From contig CM082576.2 of assembly GCA_040954595.2 (NCBI GenBank), positions 8,869,129 to 8,933,128 on the forward strand: 64,000 bases of DNA, read 5' to 3'. Below, one piece after another: positions 27,401-39,826 of this stretch (positions are counted from its first letter, which is position 1; each line of letters starts with the position of its first letter). Made by a program: the position numbers and the translations under genes. The stretch is from Balanoglossus misakiensis (Eukaryota > Animalia > Hemichordata). Under the pieces are notes generated by a model. That model saw only the letters and a list, made by a program, of their open reading frames with translations, had not been told where the DNA came from and ran no database searches.

Positions 27401-28520
27401 CTGAAAAGAAGTAAGAGAGAGAGAGAGTGTTCAGTGGACTTCCTTCCAAGTCCATGGGCTTCATTATTTCATAATTAATACATTTCAGAAAATTTTGTTT
27501 CGAGTCTCTCTATATGTAGCGTGTATGGAGGATTTAACCGAAACCAGAAGCCAAGTCCTTGTAACAACAACTTACATTCACAGTCCGATTTCTTCTGTTT
27601 CTCGTCATCTTCAAAGGCTGAATTTTGCCGTGCCCAGTGGGCCTTCGCATTTTCCCTCTTTCGCTTCCTTTTGCGCACTTCGGTGATGCCAATGGCAAAT
27701 CCAACCCCTGAAATTGTATCAATGGCGGATCGCTGCAAAATGAGTACTATAATAAAAGTCTACGTATCAGTTCTAAACTTGAACTGGACATGTATGAATC
27801 GAGCCATAGAATCAAGTACTGTGTCGTGTTCCCACTATGTCACGTTCCATGTTTTCCTGACGGCAGAGTACAGCTTGAAATTATTTCGAATGAAAAAAAA
27901 AAAATCCCAACCGATTATAATATCCTTGTGACATTTTCAACGGACTCTCACTGGCGATACAAAGTATTCGATTCTTTACACGACTCATAGAGATAACTTC
28001 TTATTCGAGCGCTTTGCGTATATAGCAAACTGATGAACACGTCTCGTTCACTCGTAAGAGAACATCTCACAGCTTTGCTCGTTTCACTTCATGCGGATGT
28101 CTAGTGAAAAAGACACTTTCCCGGGGAATAAAGTACTGCCGATATTGCCCACTCATGAAGCGTTTTCTTAAAGGGCGTATTTCAGCACGACCCCACCCCT
28201 CTCGTTATAAGGGAAGCCCAAACTCCCGGGTCTAACCTACCTCCAATAAATATAAGCATTCCGGAGAACGATGGGACCAAGATTTCTGCCACGCTGGGTT
28301 CGGCCACAACGTTCGGGTCTTCTGGGCTACTGCCGCCACCCGCGTCTTCGGACTCGGGTTCGACGGACGGTTGGTCGGTCGGCTCGGCCTCGGGTTCCGC
28401 GGCCGTCTCACCCTCGGGCACCGGTGTGGGCGTCATGTCCGTCGTGAGAGGACACACCGCGGAAAACACCGCCAGGGCGAGGAATATAGTCTGCATCGCG
28501 CATCTAGGAGGTCTTGCCAT
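21499..28520 (-). CDS. Multi-pass membrane protein with a DUF4239 / bestrophin-like domain and an N-terminal signal-like segment, acidic stalk and extra TM (473 aa)
   Basis: Ten phase-consistent GT-AG exons (minus strand): 28520-28241, 27707-27576, 27400-27206, 26838-26805, 26358-26214, 26008-25895, 25202-25137, 25019-24876, 24625-24515, 21699-21499 (1422 nt, single open frame, ends TGA). Core peptides: IASFLAPSGFVYAISFGFSLQGALQKQVSIEKTLTAEVSLLDQI, GRHNLIREKMHPVRWIFLEML, LCYIVADLDSPYSGFFRVN (DLDxPxxG motif). The gene model is well supported; the family call is by motif memory. Confidence 0.8.
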
Positions 28521-29092
28521 CTGAGAACATCGGGTTGGTTACTTATTTGGCAAAACAACGATCTGTGCGTGGAGAATACAAAAAAGATGTTAACCTTATT
28601 TTAAACCAAACGAACTTATCACGACATAAAATGCTTTTGTCAATCGAATTCGCAAACATGGCATAACCTTCGGCGTTATACGTCTTAACCTTGATTACAG
28701 TACTTTACTCGCGATTAGAGTAAATCAATTCTTATCCGTGATGAAGGAACTTTCTACACATAACTCTTACAAGCGAAAGGATTGACGACCGGCCCGAGAA
28801 GCGTTACCGTTAGACGTACTTCTATGGAAGTGGGATATATCCCCGTCGCCAAGGGAGATCTTCACGAAAAATGATATGTAGAAGACTTTATATGCATTCA
28901 TCAATGGAGTCATCCGACCGAGGAAAATACTGGCACGATTCTTTTGAGTTGTTTCATCATCAACATCCCCATTAATTATTAAGACCCGGTGATAAATTAA
29001 GATATGAGAAGGGAATAATTAAAAAAGTGTTATTCCAATTTCAGGTCACCAGTTCTATATATAATTGGAATTCGGTCAATATACCTGCACAG

Positions 29093-29118
29093 CAACAACA
29101 ACAACAACAACAACAACA
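29093..29118. repeat. (CAA)n microsatellite
   Basis: About 8-9 tandem CAA units. Confidence 0.9.
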
Positions 29119-31788
29119 GCATCATCATGATTAAATGATAAAATGACCAGTATATTGTTTAAAATAAAGTCAAATGTTACAGCTAATGCCCCTTTAAGAT
29201 AAGTTAATTACCAGAAATATGTTATATGGCGGCTACATCAGCGCGAATCTTGACTCGCTGCTAATTGCAGGCATCAGGTGTACCCTACTTATATGATTAT
29301 TATTAAAAGTAGGTCATGAGTGACTATCGTGATTAAATTTCAGTTTCTTGGCGGATTAATTGATTGATTGATTAATTAATTAATTAATTATTTAATTATT
29401 AACGTGTGAGTAATATAGGTTTAATTTTGATGCATTCGTTTAGTTTTACAGAGAAAACATCATGGGTGAGGCAATTACTGAAAAACAAGAATACAGCGCC
29501 ACAGGTTGGGCTCATGCCACGTGTGACACATATACGCCCACCATCTCCAAAATAAACGAAGGAAAGTTTCCTTGGTTTACACGACTTCAGTGTCCTGTAG
29601 TACTAGTACTTTGTGCTCCTAGTTTCCGAAACTTCGGATTAGGTTGTATGACGGCCGGCCGAGTACTGAAGACGCGCGGATACAGCTCGAAAGAATTGAT
29701 ATTTTTCCTCAGATATTTTTAAAGACACGTGTAAAATTGTATATCCGGGGCGTACGAACGTTTACGCATGAGCAGTAGTAGTGATAGCTGTCACCATGAC
29801 AATGCAGTGCACGGCATAACTTACATCTGTGTGTTTGTATTGGCAACGTACTCGTCCAGAAATAATTCGACACACATATTAAGAGTTTGTCTTTGACAGT
29901 GAGGCCCAGAGGTTTGTGATTATTAATGATTTTATGTAAATGAGGATGATCAACATAATGTAGGTCAATGTTATTGCCACACAATAGAGGAGAATGCCGC
30001 CATATGCCTCCGAACGACAGAAAGTCGAAAAACGATTCAGGTGTACTATAATACCCGGTACCGTAACACTAATAATCGGAAGTCAATTTTATGAACAAAC
30101 GAAAATTTACGTCAGCACTTACTCAGCGCGATGAAAACGTTTTTTACTGTACCATGAATTTTATACACAGCCCATTAAGCACAAACTGTAACCGAGAAAA
30201 AAAATTCAGCCGCAGGGTGATGGTGCGGTTGATCAAACAGAAACGTCTTGAAAGTGGCCGTACTATGTTTTCGGTCGTTCAATTTGGTGAAAAATAGGTT
30301 AATACAGGGCCAACGTGCGTGCAAAATCGATATTTTGAGGAAGCGAATATGCGCCTACGACCAGAAACTTTATGGGAACAATGGAGGGAGTTTACAGGGT
30401 ACGATCACGTGCAGGGACTTGTTGAATATACTGCAGGATTGTCCAAAGCTCGGGGGACCACCGCCATCAAATTAGTTGTTTAGCGCCTATAAGTTTCCAC
30501 AATGGGCCAATAATTTATATATGAACGAAAGGGCCGTAAAATGTAAAATTTGGTCGGGGTTGATTACATATTGCAGTTTGGTTGGAAAACAACTGATAGC
30601 GTAGAGAAGATGGAACCAAATGGTCGGAGAACGACAGAGACGTGGACAGGCCGTGTCCAAGTACGGGACGCACGGGGTAGCTACGGCTGGAGAAAATATG
30701 AAATTGTAAAGGTCAAATCGCGCGTAGGTGAACGTCAAGGTCACCATCCTACGCATTACCCTTTTGGATGTGGCAGCAACACAATCATGATTATATGCTA
30801 CTGGAAACATTTCTTTCTCTTGAAGATATCAATAGACACACAACGGGGCGTGTTTGTTAGAGGCGCTTCAATTTCACCACAAATCCCAATGCGTTGCTCA
30901 GAATAGACGCGATGCATTAAAAGGAAGGGTTGAATTTTCTAGTCTTTTAAGCCGGGCGCTGAACACGATTAAAGAATGGCTTCTAATTGCAAGAGTCAAT
31001 AGCAACCCCGTACGATCAAACATCAATTGACTGGGGGCTCGAACGTGGCGATTATCATCAGCCCATTTTGTCAGGCGAAAACGAATTTTCAGTACGCAAG
31101 TTTTCGCGGAAATTAGTATTTAGTAATTTGCCTGGTGTATGAACCGGCTATCAAAAATATTGCGACGATGTTTGAGCAAGCAATCAAGTAGCCCAGACGA
31201 TTTACTTTTTATGTAGCAAAGTTTGTTTGCGGAGTGCCTTGTGAAAATTATGTTTATTTTGAGTTGCCTGTAAAATGCGAGGCTGAAGAAGTCAATTTTT
31301 GGATAAAATGAGTTGCAGGCATTTTATGACTCATCTGGGGGTATAAAACATTAATGTTTTAGGCATTCAGAAATAAACTAAACGGTCATATTTATCGCCT
31401 ATTTGTATATATGAAGTGTGTTCTAAGTTTTAGTGTCCGTGAAATGCGATGGTTGAATTTTAACAAAATTCAGGTCACGTGCGCCTGTGCGAGCTCAAGG
31501 AAGCCTTGAAGTAAAGGATAATGTACGAGTGGAGTGCAATCGTTCAATATCTGAACGATTGCACGACAAGAGTACATTATCCGGCTTACAATACGTCGCA
31601 ACATCTGTGATCTTGATATATGCTAAACAACTTCTCAACCACATCAACCAATCACAAGCGTCGCAAAATACACCTGGTGTATGACTCATTTCGATTGGAT
31701 ACTTGTCAGCCAGGGCATTTGTCACGTGGTCATTGAGGTGCCACGTTTCCATCATCATTCGGAACTCAACCTTCGACAGACAAACACC

Positions 31789-34700
31789 ATGGCCGAAAGT
31801 AGCGACGAGCACGAGCTTTTCATTACCCATGGAGCACGTTCCGACACCCAAGCGAAAGCGAGGGCGCAGCTTTTACGATATGGACTGGATTTTCCAAGAT
31901 TTTGGTAGCTTCATTGAAGAGAATGTACATAAACCATCGGTCATGGAAAGTGTCCTGCAGAAAATCAAGGGTGCCTTTTTCCTGGCTTGCAGCCACCATT
32001 GCGCACATCCTCTACTGTAAGTACCATTTTTCTGTCATTTTCCTCGGAAATTGTAAATTTGTAGTTTTATATTGATCAGGAATGTTCGATTGTACGTCAG
32101 CGTAGGCACTTCAGGGAAGTTTTGGTACGTCGATAAAAATCAAGCTTTCAGCCCTGCAGCGCAGAGATCACGACAAAGAAAGATGGACGAACCAAGTGTG
32201 TGCACCTGGAAGCAGATCTTCCCGCCGGAGGCAGCACCTCCTGTCAAAGCTATCTTGTTTGTTGTAGTGAATCTTATTATGCCAGGTGCAGTGCAATATC
32301 CAGATATTGCACTGGTACAAGTGCATTATCATAGATAATGTCCCAAGAGAACAATGAGTCTGGTCACATGAAGTGTTGTAAACCATGATATCGATCAGGA
32401 ATATATATGACTGCGTGCATTTAAACTGTATGGGAGTCTGATGGGTGGCTTGATGGATTGGTTGGTTGGTAGGTTGGTTGGTTGGTTGGTTGGTTGGTGG
32501 ATGGGTGGGTGGGTGGGTGCTTGGTTTGATGGACATTCTCTTGTCGTCATAACAAGACAACGTATTATACCATAGATACGTGCGCCGTGCGTTCATCAGC
32601 GGCGCATCGTGTTTCTGAGAACACGTCACTGTTCACGTGGGAGCACCAGAAGATCCCGCGGCACAATTCATGTCAACCCGATTATCCTTTGTTGTCGACA
32701 CGGCGCATTTCCACGGGAGAGAAGATCAGCCTCATAAGATTGATAGGGCAGGGACTGTAATGCTTTGTAATGACCAGGGTTCGACATATTGATGAAAACG
32801 TCACAGTTTCTTTTACCAGTGTGGAGGATTAACGCTTAAATTGACAAGAAGAGATTTGCCTGTACATTTATACTTTTTTTATTTATCAGCTGATCTGTAA
32901 ACTTCTGACTCACCCTTTTCAAAAACAGGAATGGCATTACGGTGGATTTGTGCGCAGGCAGCGAGTATAGTGATTTGATGTGCATATGCACGTCTCAAAT
33001 TCTTTCTTCGAATTCGCGGACAAAAAACCCACAAACTATCTGCCTGGTTCTCATTCCACGCGGCTTGTCGCCTGCATGTAATGTGATTATGAAGTTTGAA
33101 ATTGCTTGCTTGGGATTTCTCGTCAATTTGGGATCTGCAGCGTCGTGAAGAACAGGTGCGCTCATAAGATGATAATCATCTTGTACACAGGCGTTTCTTG
33201 GACCGATCGATTCCGAAAATATTCTTAAGACAAACCCACCGAAGCGGAAAATTGGGAACACCTTTATTCTTGCCAGACTGTCAACGGATTCACGTCGTTA
33301 AATTTTAATTTACATCGTTAAAATTCGAGCCAATACCCGAAGAGCGCAAATTTGTTTGAAAGGGCGAACGGATGTTACAGAGAAATATCGAATTGAAACG
33401 AGATTGTGGATGATTTTTTTATGAAACCCAAATCTGTCAGCCCGCTGGTTTTAGAGAGACGTGAAACGTTGAAGTCAGCCGGGAAATTCATGAGAAATCA
33501 CATCTTGGTTAAAAATACACGCGCGTAATTTTAGACCTTTATTGTATTTTTTGTGAGAGAGAGCGTCTTGCCTTTTGTGACATACCAGTCATTATTCGCG
33601 TCTATTGAGGAGGCCGATGGCAATGTGGAAAGCCTGCGTGTGATCGATGTCTTCTTGCAAGATGTCACTAACAGCGCGTCAGCAAAGGCCGGTACACGCT
33701 TTATTCTCGGGTTCGGCGACCGATTCGAGATTGGCACATTCAACCCGGAGTAAGAAGTAAGAAAACACTGCACTTTCCTCATGCGCAACCAACACTGTCA
33801 AAGACAAGTCCGCGGGCAAATGTAAAACTAAACTTGATGTACACGATTGAAACTGTTCGGAGGATAATTGGACGGTTGAGGCGTGAACAGAATCTCTAGA
33901 ATTAGGCTAATCACAAGTTTTATGAAACTGATTTTTACCCAGTCAATAGGACAAGAGGTTTACAGTTTTCATTATGATAGTTTCATACAGATTGGCCACC
34001 TCATTTGCAGATTGCCTCAGAAAGTGTGACATTCAAAGAAAGAGGGAAATCAGCCTCTGTTAGAACTATCAATCCTGCCCACACTTATATAAAAAAACAC
34101 CTTGAAATTGAAGCAGCAACGTTAACATATGTTACAACGTGACACTGTTTTTAAAAATTGTGCCACGTATTCAGATTGGTCTCGAGCGAGTCAAATCTTT
34201 TTCGTAAATAAGTGCATTGAAATTTTATCAGATAGGTACAGAGCCTATCGGGTACAATCAAGCAGCTCTTGCACAAAGGAACACTATAATGACAATGCAA
34301 AATAAAATAAACGATCGGACAAGTTTAATTTCAACACCACCTTTGTCTGGAGTGTATTAAACATATCGACGCACATGACACAATACGTCACTCAAATACC
34401 GCAGAAACGATCCATTAAAATTTCAATACTTGACCCTTTTGAATTGTTATCGGTGTAATTCACTAGCTTTGTCTTGAAGCTATTTCACATTCTTGGACAT
34501 GTGACGTGGCTCTCTCCACTCTACCATTTAGGTGGGCAAAATGTTTAAAAAGTCATACAAACCGTTAAAGTTAAATTTTATTTACGATAATTAAAAACTG
34601 GAGTTAATATAAACAGATTAACACTCACAAGAAATAATATATAGTCAACTTGTTCCTTGTTAACATTGCAATTTATAGTTCATTGCTTTGCACAGCCCGC

Positions 34701-37588
34701 GGCAATATCAATACTTTTCGCTTCTCATTCCGTGTTAGATCGATGAGTGCATTAGGGTAGTATCATACCCTATGTTACTTTGCGACACTTCATTTCTGGT
34801 TGCCCTATTTATTGATAACGCCTCCAATGTATCCATTTGCGATATCTATATGATAATTGACGAAGCTCCACTATATTTCAGCGATTAAAAAAACAGCACA
34901 AAACAAACAACAATGAAGAGTGACAGCGATTTGGATCCGAGTCTTTAAATGGAAACAAATAGGGGTTTTATTTCTTGCTGCAGTAACGATTTTATTATAT
35001 CGTTTGGTGTTAGATATTTCCCGATTCGGAAATTAACTGCATCGATTTCGTTACTGCGCATCATGACGCTGCTCTTCTGCCGACGGATACTGTTAACCGT
35101 ATCAGCGCCGTAGTCAACTTGTCGTCGCATTTCAAAAAATGAACGCTTATTTATTCCACGTTTTTTCTTAAATTTTGATTAAGACCTGAAGTCAATGAAA
35201 CATTAAGTCTACTTGGTATAAAATTAATGGAGAAAATGGGTACAAATATTAAAATTTTGCTTCACAATTTAACAGGCGTTCAAAAGGTTTAACAACTAGT
35301 AAATATAAGAAATGCTAAGACTTGCAAGAGCTGTTCCAAATAGCTGTTACTATGGTGACGCGAATCAACAATTATACGGTCAAACCGGGCTTGTCGTGAC
35401 GCACCCCTAATTTGTTTCCAAAAGTCAACTAAGAGCAATTAAATTAAAATCATTAATAATGATAAGTTTTTAAATTTTATAAGTAATTTAGCCTTAACAT
35501 CGTATTTCAGTATGGGCCTACATGTGACGCCTAGGCACATAAATACTTTACGTTAAACATTATTCTCTGATGGGTATCTTTGTTTTTAAGTGTGTTGGAG
35601 ATACCTTTAGCTAGTTGCAGATTCACACACTAGACTTTTAAGAAATGCAGCCTGAAAATTGCCAATAATTTAGACAACGCACTCGCCTTTGAAAGTGTCC
35701 GCGCTTGTCAAGTAAGTGTCGCTGTCTATTATTTGAAATCTTATATGAGACATTTGCCACAAGAAGTCACTCTATCCACACTCTCACAGCGCTGTAAACA
35801 CTGGAAGCAAGTTCAATGTATTTAGCTAGAACTGAAAAATAACCTTGATTATAACGATTTAGTGGCGCATTTACATAACTCAGCGTCAAACGAAAGCTAA
35901 AATCCGATGTAAAATCATTTCTCAAGTGCGAACGGAAAAAATGCCATATTTTCGCGTAAACAACAATTGGCAGATCGAGTATTCCCTTTGAAGAACAACA
36001 CTAATAAGACACTGCTGTCGAAACATACTATTGAGATTTTACAAAATTCTCATGAACGCCCCCCCCCCCCCGCCCCTCCAAAAAAGTCTGGATGTTAAAT
36101 GGTTTGCTTACTGTTCAAATTCGGACAGTAGGACTTCTCTCTTCCCAGAATATTAAAGGCCTGGATCAGCAGATCTTGGACTCACTGACAGCGTATTCCT
36201 TCTTTGCACTGTGCTCCGCAACTGGTGCACTGTCTTTCATCCGGACAGATCAAGATATCGCGAGATTCCTGCGAGATCTCAATTTGTAAGATGAACGTCT
36301 TCGTTACCATGCTAACAAGTGTTTCATGTCATCCTATCCCGTTCCTTCAAAATTGAAAGCGAACACGTTCGGGTCGTTTTAACCTTGACGCTGATTAATG
36401 GTGAAGAGCTCGTCTATTTTCCGGGAACGCGACAAAGTGTAAAATCAGCAATTACACTTATCCCTAATTCATAAATTCAACAATCCCCACAGGCTACATG
36501 TACGAGTTTGCGCTACAGGAGAGGAAGAAAGGAACATGTGTCCGGCAAGGCATGAAGACAGTGTGTTGTAGTTTTTTTTTGTATTTTGTCACGAACCTTA
36601 CGTGTAATTGGAAACTTTTGCATAAACTCTCGTCCTTTGCCACCAATCCGCACAAAGTGCATCGACTACTTATTAATAGGATACAATCATACATTCAGTA
36701 TTCCGACCGACACGTGGTTCTTGAATTCACCACTAGATTTCTTAATGGCAGTGCATTTAATTTCATGTATTACGGCATTTCCGTCAGCAGAAAAGAGCCA
36801 GAAGTACGCGAATAGATGATGAGCCCATGTCAGCACACTTCCAAATATCCTCCATAGTTGATTATCTATTCGTCGTCGTTGTTGTTTATCAGAAACATCA
36901 CGCCGAGCCACAGAGGCAGGGTCGGTTGGGAAATTGGACACCTGTCAAGTGAAATGCTAACCCAGCTAATTAAACCGAAGCGTTCTAAACTAGAAAAAGG
37001 CGCTTTATTTTTTTGTGTATGCGAGCTTATATCACGAAGCTGTGTGTGCTATATCGTTGACGGATTTAAAGCACGGATATTAAAACTGTCAAGCGAGAGT
37101 GCATTCGACCCGTGCAGTTGGTTATAAGAAACGATAAAGCGAAAGATTACAGTCCACAGGTTATTAGTTAAGTATACAGCCCCGCTATGTCACGAAACAC
37201 GCGACACTTTCTAATGCTCCGTGATGGAACGGTCCAATCAAAACAGGGATATTGTCATCGTGAACAGACGGCATGCATCGAGCTTCTCATATCTGCCGGT
37301 GTGCACAATCAATGATGAAGTCCTCTTTTCTGCGAATGTTTGTCGCGGATTTAATTTTGAAGGCAACTTATCGACCATCGTCTCTCGGAATTGTCAGTCG
37401 TCGGCATTGTTCGCTTCCACGATCCGTAATCTGTATTGAAAGACCGGGAAAGTAAACGCGAGAGACAAGTTTTGCTGATGACATGATTGACAATCTAAAC
37501 ACCGCATTCTGGGTGCGACGAGGAAGGAGTGGAAGTCTAATGAGATCTTTTTTGAGTGACTCACAGGCGACAAACAACGTTTTAAAGG
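31789..37588 (+). pseudogene. Probable decayed multi-exon gene of unknown family
   Basis: Chain of exon-like, protein-like segments with splice signals (31789/31829-32016, ~32080/32160-32286, 32576-32756, 33589-33756, 35014-~35139, 36149-36285, further pieces to ~37588). They are interrupted by apparent frameshifts and by in-frame stops at 32616 and 33751. Family not recognised. Confidence 0.45.
32455..32519. repeat. (GGTT/GGGT)n tetranucleotide microsatellite
   Basis: Run of GGTT units grading into GGAT/GGGT. Confidence 0.9.
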
Positions 37589-39826
37589 TATAGCTTGTGA
37601 GGTTCGAGTCTACACATTCTTTTATCAACGCAAAAATGTCTTGGGCGTTCTTCAACACAGAGTATTCCGGTAAACGTGACAATAGCTCAAAGAGAGTGAA
37701 TCATTTGACAAATGACACCTCGCTAGCTCCGAAGAGTATATTGGTATGGTGCACAGAATTAAAAAAAGAATAAATTGAAACAGAATTAACAGACGCTTCA
37801 CACTACAAAAAGAGATAAAATTGCAATGTGTGTAAGGGGTGCACGTGGCTACCATTACTTGCTTTAAGCCATGAATTAAAATCACTTCCAAGTTCCATCG
37901 AACAGTTTCCATGGTCTTCACGATTCTAATTTTGGATCTATTATTTACATTGCAAATATTATTCTTTTTAGATATCATGGTAAATAATCATTACATTACG
38001 CTTACGGTATTTATGAATGTAAACGCAAAGAAAATAAATAAAAAGTCAGAGAAACAAAAGCAAGTGATAAAGTCTTATTTTGAATAGAAATAATGCATAC
38101 ATGCATGGTACACACATTACGAAAATCGATACAATTCTTTTTTTTAAATCCATCAAATATTACTTGCGGCCTAATGTGAAATCGAACACCTGAGATATCA
38201 CAGAGTGAAATCAAATCAAATGAACAAATACTAGTACAAGTATTATGACACCGCAATTTGATAAATGATTGTGACACTTTGTCAATATTTGGCTGGTAAT
38301 CACTTCATGAAATTCAGGTTTTTATCTGTGTCTAGACTTAAGGAGAGCTGGATATGGTGACCAAACTGCACACTATTAAAATCAGACAATACCAAGTATA
38401 CATTGATCATCAAAATAATTCCCACTCTTTGTCACACTTTGTCTTTTGCAGATGTCACATATTGACTCGCTCACACCTTTTTTCCTTCTTCTGGAAATTG
38501 AATCCTTGGACCAAGTATTGGAAAATTTCAGAATAATTTTTTCACATCTCATTGGCCGTTACATTGTCATCATCACTTAGGAGATCTATTCAGGAAACAT
38601 CATTCCATTTCCAGTAACTTCCTAATCAACTGCATTCCGTGGAGATATTTAATGAAAAATTGATTGACAATCATGGCTTCGTGCAACGTCCGTCACCTGT
38701 ACTTCCTGATGGTCATTTTGAGGTGTTCCTTCAGTCACTTTCTCTATGATTTGATATTTATGACATACAGCGGGTTTCTTTTCAAACTCCCCACACTGGC
38801 ATGAATTATGAAAAATATGATTATATTTTTTATTGTATTCGTGGATTGTTACATTCAAGGCGGAGAGACATTGTCAAAATATTGAATCAAATTTTATTAA
38901 GGTGATGATGCATGCACTATGTATATACAAAGTGGAACCCCAACAAAACACGCACTGTTGATCCAAAAACCCAATATTCGGGAAACAATTTACTCATCAT
39001 TAATAATGTAGTGCTCCAAAATAACATCTGCCTTGCCACAAATCTAACGGATACAACTTACACACTGCCTGTGGAATGTCTTAGAAATCACCTGCTCCTG
39101 AATTTGAGTTACGCACTTTCGTCTCTGGTCTCTGTGCTGTGGTGAAATTGATCGATACATGCAGAATTCATAGTAAAGTAATTGTACACCTGAACTACCC
39201 TGAAAGATTAATACGGCTGAAAGTGTGTGTGTCTCCCACCCAACAAAAAAATTCCAACAATATCATATACGTTGTGCTGTGTGGTCAGGAGGTTAGCATC
39301 GTGAGTATCGCAACATAAAACCACTTAAATCTTCAATTTTTAATTCACTGCACTTTTCAGTCATCATTTCCAAAGTCCTCGCTTTCTTGATAAGGCAATT
39401 TATAAAAAAAAACTGCTGCGTGACTGGGAAAGCCCTCAGTACGCAGAGCACTCCACCATCCATACGTATTATCAAATGATATTGAGAACTATTCCTTGAA
39501 GATAAAAGATGCGGATTTTTTTTGACATCAGTGCCACAAGGTCGTCATGGTTATTTTGACGTCAATCATAATTCGCATTGCCAGATGCAATGATTATCTG
39601 AGAATGCTAATCCACATTCTTTGCCTTTACATACATGAATTTTAATCAGAGGGTAACAGAGGGTAACATGGCCGATCACAATAAAATTCGGTGTTTTTTT
39701 CAATATTCCACACTATCAGTACTGTCTCATACGAAGCATAACTTGTCCATTTGTCGCGTTTTATCCAAGACAGCAAGAAAGCATATACTCCGAGTTTCCA
39801 TATACTGTGGTATAGTGATAATTTTT

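Noticed and set aside
32152-32290. Alternative frame PPVKAILFVVVNLIMPG resembling the Stum/SPEC3 motif
   Set aside because: No downstream GT-containing continuation or second TM exon was found, and the other frame links better to the following exon.
32616-33880. In-frame TGA (SCF*EH) as selenocysteine, with a hairpin at 33847-33880 (TTGAA-stem-TGAG) as a SECIS
   Set aside because: The stem is only about 9 bp, the core lacks the 5' purine and the apical AA is not correctly placed. The locus has other lesions, so pseudogenisation is the simpler explanation. A SECISearch hit would reopen it.
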